A stretch of DNA of 64,000 nucleotides from Podarcis cretensis. Taxonomy: Eukaryota. Made by a program: the position numbers and the translations under genes. Positions 1 to 8,679 of this stretch are shown piece after piece. Under the pieces are notes generated by a model that did no database searches, was not told the origin of the DNA, and was given only the letters and a program-made list of their open reading frames with translations. The first letter of the stretch is position 1. The number at the start of each line of letters is the position of its first letter. The stretch covers positions 56,296,001 to 56,360,000 of the forward strand of contig OX638151.1 in NCBI GenBank assembly GCA_951804945.1. The letters run 5' to 3'.

Positions 1-930
1 GTGCTATTAAATTAAATATACATATAAATGGGCAATTGCCCCCAAAATCCAACATGATCACATTTGACTTCACAAGAGGAAATCTCCCCAAAATAAGGGG
101 ACTTGTAAAATGGAAGTTGAAAGACAAAGTCACAAGGGACAAATCACATCAAAATGTTTGGAAGTTGTTTAAAAACACAATATATCAGTCATAGCTGATA
201 GCTTGATGAAGACAACCCAGGGTGCTGCAGATAAAAAGGCAAATTCCATACTAGGGATCATTATGAAATAATGGAAAATGAAACTGCCAATATCATAGTG
301 CTGTTATACCAATCTATGGTGCAACCACATTTAGAAGACTGTGTACAGTTCTGGCCTTTTATTGTAAAATTGGAAAATGTTCAGAAAAGGGCAACCAAAA
401 TGATCAAGAGGTTGGAGCAACTCCCCTATGAGGAAAGGGTACATGGTATGGATGGAGCTTTTTAGTTTAGAGAAAATGTGACATGATAGAAATTTATAAA
501 ATTATGCATGGCATGGAGAAAGTGGGTAGAGAAGAGTTTTTCTCCTTCTCCAATGAAGCTGAATGTAGGAATGTTGAAAGGACTCAGGACAGTCAAAATA
601 TTCACACAGTGCATTGTTAAACTCCATAACTTGCTCCCCCAGGAGGCAGTGGTGGCCACAACTTGGACAGCTTTAAAGGAGAATTAGGCACATAAATGGA
701 GGTGAAGGCCATCAATAGCTACTAACCTTGATGGCTTAGCTCTGCCTCCACAGTCAGAGGCATTTTGCTTCTAAATACCAGTTGCTGGAAACTGCAAGAG
801 GGGACAGTGCTCATGTGATTCAGCCCTGCTTGGCAATTTCCTGTAGGCATCTGGTTGGCCACTGAGAAAAGGATGCTGGATTAGATGGTCCACTGGCCTG
901 ATCCAGCACATTCATCTTACGTTCTTACAA
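1..930 (+). mobile_element. CR1 LINE fragment, internally deleted, with 3' tail
   Basis: 1-190 translates to a CR1 post-endonuclease linker (TFDFTRGNLPKIRGLV, WKLFKNTI). 271-465 gives the CR1 ORF2 C-terminus (YQSMVQPHLEDCVQFW, LENVQKRATKMIKRLEQLPYEER). A typical CR1 3'UTR ends GATCCAGC...TCTTACGTTCTTA near 930. Confidence 0.85.
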
Positions 931-1164
931 CATAAACTGTGGTCTTTCTTCATTCAGCCGTATCTTCTTTGGACTTTAGTTTCCACCTCCTGTAAGATTG
1001 CTGAAATAAATACACGTGTGCTACTTCTGCCATATTCTTTTCACCAAAAAACAAAATACGTCGCCCAAAGGATTATTTCACCCTTCACTCATGTAAAATA
1101 ACCACAATTCCTTTTATGTGTTATTTTACAAAAACTAATTTCCTCTGTTTTTCTTTGGGACACA

Positions 1165-1346
1165 GACTGCAATCCAAACCCATGTATCAGGAGGGAGCCC
1201 CATTTAATTCAATAGGATTTATGTCTGGGTAGACATGGTTACAACTGCAGCCTAAGGCTGCAATCCTAAACACGTTTATTAGGGCATTAAGTCCCATTAA
1301 ACACAGTGTGACTTACTTCCACATAAACATGAACAGAATTGTCCTG
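1165..1346. mobile_element. Two adjacent ~90-bp palindromic MITEs (PIF/Harbinger- or Chompy-like)
   Basis: Termini of the (G)GCTGCAATCC...GATTGCAGCC type with a central CCCATT..AAT hairpin. The copies at 1165-1252 and 1256-1346 are separated by TAA. Confidence 0.65.
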
Positions 1347-2694
1347 TCATACTAAGAATCATTGAAATCTCACAAAAAATCTAAGGTGTATCACCATACG
1401 TAGATAAATTTGAAATTTGATATAAGCAGCTCTCAGAATAATCTAATTAGAACAATGCAAGTAAAGAAAATGTATCTGACCGCAAGAAAATGAAGAACTC
1501 AAGGTCTACAAATAACTTTGATTCTGCTCTACACAATGAAACCGTGGGTCTAAAGAAAACACAGTCAAGAAGTGAAGTTAGCCTTCTCATGCTTATTTTC
1601 CCTCTTATACAGAGTATTACACAGTTAGAATCTGGAAGGAAGCAACTTTTAATCAGGAATGCAATTACTTATTTAATCTGCAATTACCCCCTTAGCAATA
1701 ACCCACAAGGTTATATAAAATGCACTAGACTGATCAGGATTGTAATAAAATATCTACAGACCCAGAGGAATGGGGGGAAATGGACTGGAAAAAACTGACT
1801 GGACACTTGGAGAGTAGGAAGAAATCATCCCAAGGAAAACAACTTGAATGATACTACGCAGGCATTGAAAATGTCATTAAAAACCTAAAACAGATTTCTC
1901 CTAAGCAGAAAATGTTTTGATAAGCAAAGAAATGGTAGTGGATTGATTCCACTTCAGTAATGAAGAGGTTTACAAAGCATATCATTCTTTTTATTTTGTA
2001 AGCTGTGTTTTGCCTGTTTTCTTTCTTTGTAAGTGGGGCTGCTTTGCCAGGTTTTTGTGTATTTGAGGAGTAGGTTTTTGCTTGTTTTTAACAGTTTGCT
2101 TCTTTGGGAATGGAGCAATTTGTATTCTCTTATTAGGGTGATTGATTGTGTCTGTGCTTTGTATGTTTTTAGTAGCTGTTTCCTACGTGTTGTTTGTTTG
2201 GGTGCTGTTGGCTTTTTTGTTATTCATCTAATTTAGGGGACATTTTTTGGCAGGTCTTGGGGATGGTGGTTTTCTCCCCCTTCTGTTTTGTTTTTGGGGT
2301 GCAGGTGTTTTTCCCTATTTGACCATCATGAGTTTTTCTTTTGTGATGTGCATGACAATTTCTTAAATTTCCAAATGTACCCCCAAGCTTCAAAAGGGGT
2401 TGGGATCCCTACAATAAACCATAGTTCACAGAATCATAAGGGTTGGCATTTGGGCCCTGCAGGGTTTTTGTTCCTTTAAGCAGGTCAAATTTCAACTGCT
2501 AGTGTGGAAATACAACTAGGGAAAAATATTTATCTGCTGGCATTCTACCTGAAATCTTATTTGTGTGTGGCTCCTGATTTAGATCTATCTTATATGCAAA
2601 AGATGATACAAATTGGCATGACACAAAGCATATGAACATTTTACACACATTTCTGCCCCCTTTTGCGGGTGCATGGAAAGACCCAATCTACATA

Positions 2695-2913
2695 CAGTAG
2701 AACCTCTACTTACAACTGCCTCCACTCGCAGACATTCCAAGTTGCGACCACGGCAAACTTGGAAGTAACCGGTGGGTTTGCCGCCGCTTGCGCATGCGCA
2801 GAAGCAGGCAATCACCACCCACACCTGCACACAACGGCGCCTCTCCCAGCGACCCGTTTCGCCATAAGACAGGCCTCTGGAACAGATTGTGGTTGTGAGT
2901 AGAGGTTCCACTA
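2695..2913. mobile_element. Tc1/mariner (Tigger-like) MITE
   Basis: TIRs CAGTAGAACCTCTACTTACAAC / GTTGTGAGTAGAGGTTCCACTA, flanked by TA. Confidence 0.85.
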
Positions 2914-2964
2914 TACAATGTTCTGGGCCCCTAAAATCCTGTTGACAGCCTTCATTCTATTAAT

Positions 2965-4629
2965 TTTTTTTTTTTAATGATATTTATTAAGATTTTCCAT
3001 AAAATCTTTTCCCCAATAACATCTTTTCAGGACTTCCCCTCCCCTCCCCCTCCTGTATTCCAATTCTTACAAATAAACAAAAAAAAATTTCAACAAGTTC
3101 TTATCCCAAATTTAAACTTATTATCATTGACTCAATTTTAAAAATATTTTCCCATCCCCTAAAATCGACCTGTTCCCTTCCGCGAGTTCCCCCCTTTAAT
3201 ATGCAATACAGATTACAATAGAAGAAAAATTAACAAAAAATAATAATTTTACGCCCTTTGGATTCCAATTTTCCCTCCCCCCTTTCCCGGTTGCGTTCCC
3301 AATGTTCCTCGACGTCTGATATCTTCCTGGAGTTCCCACATCTCTCTAAACCATAGTCCTTTCCCAGTCATCTTTAGTTTCGAATGTCCAATCTTGGAAG
3401 GAGTCTGTCTCAAAAAAGGCCCATTTCTTCCATCTAGATTTTTATATCTAGGGGTGAAAGCTCCAATTTTATTCCTTTAAACCTGTCAAATCTGGATGTC
3501 CCAAATGTTCCCACTTCCAACTTTGTCCAGTTCTTATTATTTTTGTTGTTCTTGTTGATCTCACTCCTCCTTTTCTTTTTCTTTTTCCCTGCTCTCCTGC
3601 ACAAATGTTCCAATTCCAAAAGCTTCTAATTCCTCTGCAGAGGCTTGTTATTCAAGAACAAAACATTACGTCAAGTCCTTTTCATTCTTCAATAGATAAA
3701 TCTATTGTCTCCTTTAGTGCGTAGACCTCTGTAGACAAAATAGTGTTCCATTTCTGCAGTTTCCCAGGAGATAGAAAGTTCTGGTCAAATTCCACGCCAA
3801 CAATACTTGTAATGTCCCTCGGCTCCTCTAAGTGGATTGCAATAACTAAATTCCCTTCCAGATCACGTCCACCAGTCAAAATAACTTGTTATTCCTTGTT
3901 TGTAACAATTTGTATCCAATTTATAACAAATGTAACCGGCAAAGTCCTCGTAACAAAGATCTCTATTTTATTCTTCCGCTTTGACAGCTCTTTGACAGCT
4001 GTCAAAACCTCTATTTCTCTTCTCCCGGCGCTCTCACAAATCGCTCCCAGGGTTCCGGGGGGGGGGGTGGTTGCTTTTTAATTCAATTCCACCTTTCTCC
4101 TCCAGCTCAGTCTTATGATTTTCCCTCGCGAAGTTAATAACTTTGTCAAAATAGGGTTGCACTCGATCTTAGTTGTCAAATCCTTTGCTTTAACTCTTCT
4201 ACAACAGGGGGGGGCTGACTTCCTTTTTGCGCCTCCCCCGCTCGCTCCGAATTTTTTAAAAAAAATTTATCCCCCTTTTTAGTCCAGGTTCCGATTACTC
4301 ACGGGTTATTCTTTTAAGTCCAGATTTTCAATAGAAGAAGTCAGCGCTCTCCGTCGAATGGCATGCGGCTTCGCTCGGCAGGGGAAGCGAAGGACTCAAA
4401 GCACCACTACCCCCCTGTCACCCGCTCCGCAGCCTTTAAAAAGGCTCCTTCGCGGGTCGGGGGGCGCAAAAGGTGCCAGCCGAGTCACCATGTCCATGGG
4501 TTTCAGCGCCCATGGTTTTTGAGGGTCCCCGCGTCGCCGGTGCGGTAGGACCCAACCCCTGCCGAGCAGGCTCCCTCTGGAGCTCAGAGGGAGTCCGCCA
4601 TTCGGCGATGGCGCCAACCCGGAAGTCCC
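2965..4629 (-). mobile_element. Full-length non-autonomous L1-type (HAL1-like) retroposon, copy A, with decayed ORF
   Basis: Perfect 17-bp TSD GCCTTCATTCTATTAAT (2948-2964 / 4630-4646). Minus-strand AATAAA (2983-2988) followed by poly(A). 5' end GGGACTTCCGGGTTGGCGCCAT. CpG-rich leader homologous to 10522-10854. No RT or EN motifs seen. Confidence 0.85.
3290..3804 (-). pseudogene. Frameshifted remnant of the ORF that is intact in copy B
   Basis: Manual frame-joining gives NLTRTFYLLG(fs)KLQKWNTILSTEVYALKETIDLSIEE, EELEAFGIGTFVQ and ELQEDIRR. These match copy B ALNRTVYLLGKLHKQIDVMATNIDILGTKVGISIE, EEIGASGAFGLGRTVKQ and ELRTLDIRS. The 3' boundary is approximate. Confidence 0.7.
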
Positions 4630-4858
4630 GCCTTCATTCTATTAATAAAGCCACATAACACTGCTGACTCAACACAATCCTAGAATCTATTTCACATATA
4701 CTACTACCAATCCAGGATTCCCCATCCTAATGCCTGTACAACTTATTGCTGTATATTTGTTGTTGTTGTTGCTGCTTTGTCTGAATGCATTACTTTTGCA
4801 TTTGTTTGCTTAATTTCAATGTGTGAGTTTCAGCCCCATTTTCATTTTGAATTTTCTA

Positions 4859-5090
4859 CAGTGGTACCGTGGGTTACGAACTTAATTCGTTCTGGAGGTC
4901 CGTTATGAACATGAAACTGTTCTTAACCTGGGGCACGCTTTCGCTAATGGGCCTCCTGCTGCCACTGCGCTGCCGGCGCACGATTTCCGTTCTTATCCTG
5001 GGGCAAAGTTCTCAACCCAAGGTAAGTATGTGCGGGTTAGTGGAGATTGTAACTCAAAGTGTTTGTAACCCAAAGCGTTTGTAACCACTG
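4859..5090 (+). mobile_element. Tigger-like MITE (same family as 18525, 57949, 62377)
   Basis: TA-CAGTGGTACC...CCACTG-TA, with shared internal sequence TTAATTCGTTCTGGAGGTCCGTT...GCTAATGGGCCTCCTGCTGCC. Confidence 0.85.
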
Positions 5091-5499
5091 TACTCATCTT
5101 CTATTGTGCTGTTTTGTTTCATCCAGAAAGTTTATCCTCTGAATAACTTCATTTAAGGTACTGAAAAAAATGTTGAAAGTACCAGTCTGGGGTTAGAGCT
5201 TTGCAGCAACTCACTCAAAACTTCCCTCCTGTTTAATAAAGAACCTGGCTCCTGGTTTAAACCAGTTAGTTAAAACCTGGCTACTAAAACAAGCTAGGAT
5301 CAAAACCCATCATTTCTTATTTCAATAAACTGTGGCAACCGAGTATAACTAATTTAAACCCGAAGACAAATGCTCTGAACTCCTTCTCCAGCTGCGCCAA
5401 AGGAGAGATGAGGGAATCAGCCTAAGTCTCACCTAGATCAATTCACATATCATTTAAAGCATGATTCAGCATTATATGTAAAATGGGCAAATAGCCACA

Positions 5500-5718
5500 T
5501 TTTATTCTTATTCTTTTCTACCTCCGTCCATTTGTGCCCCAGCCACTCTGGGCAGCTTCCAGCATATATAAAAACACAGAAAAACATTTAACCTTAGAAA
5601 GCTTCCCTACACAGGGCTCTCTTCAGATCTCTCCTAAAAGATATATAATTACTCATTTCCTTGACATCTGATGGGAGGGCACTCTACAGGGTGGGCGCCA
5701 CTACCGAGAAGGCCCTCA
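5500..5718 (-). mobile_element. L2 LINE 3' end
   Basis: Reverse complement reads GAGGGCCTTCTCGGTAGTGGCGCCCACCCTGT (RAFSVVAPTL) followed by an L2-type tail GCTGCCCAGAGTGGCTGGGGC...AATAA. Confidence 0.75.
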
Positions 5719-7866
5719 TAATGCTAAACCATTGTTTAATATTACACATTTGAATTAACCTATGACTGAAGAAGCGAAAAGTTGTGATAGCAGCTTAGAA
5801 TGTAAGTCTGAAGATGAAGGCAACTGAATGGACAGAATTTCCTTCTTTAATAAACCCTGGATTGAAGAAAGAGACTCCTAAAAATGATTTAGAAACAAAT
5901 CAGTTTGGGAATTTAAAGACATATCGGCTTTCCATTAACTCATTAAGTTGATGTAGTCTGGGCTTCCAGATGAATCTCCATTAATTTCTACTCTGACCTC
6001 AGCTAGTCCACCTGCTAATTGAGCCTCATCATCTGAGCAGACAGACCATCCTCCAAACCACAGTTTGAATGACTTGAACCAAACAACAGGCTTGGACTGT
6101 CCCTCCTCCACATGTTGCTTAAGACTGCAATCAAATCCCATTGAATTCAATAAAACTTACTTTGAAGACACCATTAGGATTGTGCTGTGATACATCACTT
6201 CCTGGTCTTATCAACCGCTGCTTGCTGTTGCATTCAAACCAGCAAATCAATGATTTGAATGAATCCTTCGAACCAGGATTATGAAACAATATAAAAGTGT
6301 GGTTTGCAATTCTGCTTTGGAGGGTTTGCTCAAGCCATTATTCAGATGTAATGACAAACAGTAATTTAATTAAACCAGAAAGTAATGCATTAAACTCTGT
6401 GTGTGAGCCAATACAAGCCTGTGGTTAGTTTCCTATCATCCAAACCATATTTTGAAGAATCATCAGAATGCTTATTATGGCATCTATAGCACTAAAGAAC
6501 TTGCTTTTTATGTCTTGTATATACCCAATCCAAACATACACAAAATGAGAACTTTAATAAATGATCATTCAGCAATTAGCAGATGTCGGCTAAAAATTTC
6601 CAAAAGCCATTTGGATACTATGTTACTATAATGTTAACATATTTTTAATTAACATAAAAAAGAAAATGTTTTGTATTTCCTTGTTTTTTATCATAATTTT
6701 CAATTAACATTAAAAAGAATTGCAGCTACTATAAATACTTACCTGGGAGCACATCCCATTAAGACCAGTGGGCACCACAATTTAATAGAAATTAAACAGC
6801 ATTGAACTGTTAAGTGATCAGGAATCTAAGAAAATATCTATCAAAATAAATGGATGCCAAATACACAATAAAAGATGCAATTTTATGCAGCGTTTCAGAA
6901 AGTACTGCTTAAAATATTATTTCCTTGATGCAGTTTTTCCATATTTGAGGAAGCATTTGCTAAAGTTAATTTGCTGACATCCATTTTTCGTTACTTATGT
7001 CATGCACAGATTTGAACTGAACCTCTGATATAGATATGATAAACTAACACGTTGAAAGTAGCTATGACATCTTCCACACAAATTTAGGTCCTCATAGTAT
7101 AAAGAAAAAGTGGTGAGAAACCAGATATAATGAAAGAGAAAGGTGCTGTTTACACATTTATCTGTTAGGCTCACACGTTTCCAAGTACATTGCCAGTTAC
7201 TTTAAACAGCAAGTGCTGCAATAATTTGGCATCCATCCATCTGACAATTTGATTCACACCTCATTTGCTACTTAAGTTAAAATATTTCAGACAACCTTGA
7301 GAAAGTACCTCTTGTCTCCAGAAAAATGCATATTTTTATAACAATGCCAAAGGTCTCAGCAAACACTATAAACACAGATCTTTCAAAAAATCCGTCCTTT
7401 CAAAGATGTTATCTGGAATTGTAATATGCATGCACATGCATACATAACACTGATTTCAGACTCTGGCACCAGTTCTGAGGTGGATACTTTAAGAGGTAAG
7501 CAGGTTTTGAATATATTATGCTTAATTGGTGGCAACAACGTAAAATGCAGACTTCAATACAGACAATGCAGGAACTTTAACATGTTGGAGCTAGAAATAG
7601 GAAAATAATGTTTCACAGCATTAGGATTCTTAGGTTATCCAGTGGTTGCACACTTACACAAAGTTCCTCCACCCAACTTCAGCTTATTTACTCCTCCCTG
7701 TATTGCACAGCCCACACAGTTCAAGATGTCCACAGGCCCTCTGGGGAGGCTCTTAGGGGAGTACAGGAGTTGCACGATGGAACTCAAAATAAGTTACACA
7801 AGTTGCCCCTCTGCTTTAGCAACCACTGGATATAACCATAAGGTTGAATCCTATGGACTCAATGTA

Positions 7867-8222
7867 CAGTGGTGCCTCGCAAGATGAAATTAATCCGTTC
7901 CGTGAGGCTCTTCGTATAGCGGTTTTTTCGTCTTGCGAAGCAAGCCCATTGACAGCTTAGCGGATTAGCGCTATTAGCGGTTTAGCGGCTTTTAGCGGAT
8001 CAGCTGATAAGCGGCTTATCAGCGGATCAGCTGATAAGCGGCTTAGGGTTTAGGAAAAGGGGGGGGGAAGGGGAAAAACCCCGCAGGAACTCGCAAGACA
8101 TTTTCGTCTTGCAAAGCAAGCCTATAGGGAAATTCGTTTTGCGAAGCGCGTCCAAAACGGAAAACCCTTTCGTCTAGCAGGTTTTCCGTCTTGCGAGGCG
8201 TTCGTCTTGCGGGGTACCACTG
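7867..8222. mobile_element. Tigger-like MITE with internal tandem palindromes
   Basis: TA-CAGTGGTGCCTCGCAAGA ... TCTTGCGGGGTACCACTG-TA; internal repeats GCGGATCAGCTGATAAGCGGCTTA. Confidence 0.85.
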
Positions 8223-8679
8223 TACAGAATGGGTTTATCAGTTTCCTTAGCCCCTTTTCGGAAGCAGACTATTGACACGCACGGGCTGCTCTAAACTAGA
8301 TTTCAGTGTCATGCTTGACTGGTGTTCACCACTTCTCCAGCCACAGTTCTACTTCTGCATATGAGGACAACTTCCATCGCCAACATCCAGAGGCACATAT
8401 CTAACTATATGCCAACCATACAAAAGCTGTAGTATGTTAAACTGAATTGTTGCATGTTCAGATATGTAATTTTATACATGGTGGGAGCAGACATCATCTA
8501 ACACACGAGAAAACTGTGGCTAAAGAAGCAGGCATCTAATGTAGGCCTTAGTAAGCATTTTAGTTACTTTTAAAATATTTTATTTTAATGAAGTAACCGA
8601 GTCTTCCCCAACCTGGTATCCTCCAGAGGTTTTGGATTCTCAGCTTTCAACAGCCTCCATCAGCATGGCCAATGGTCTA

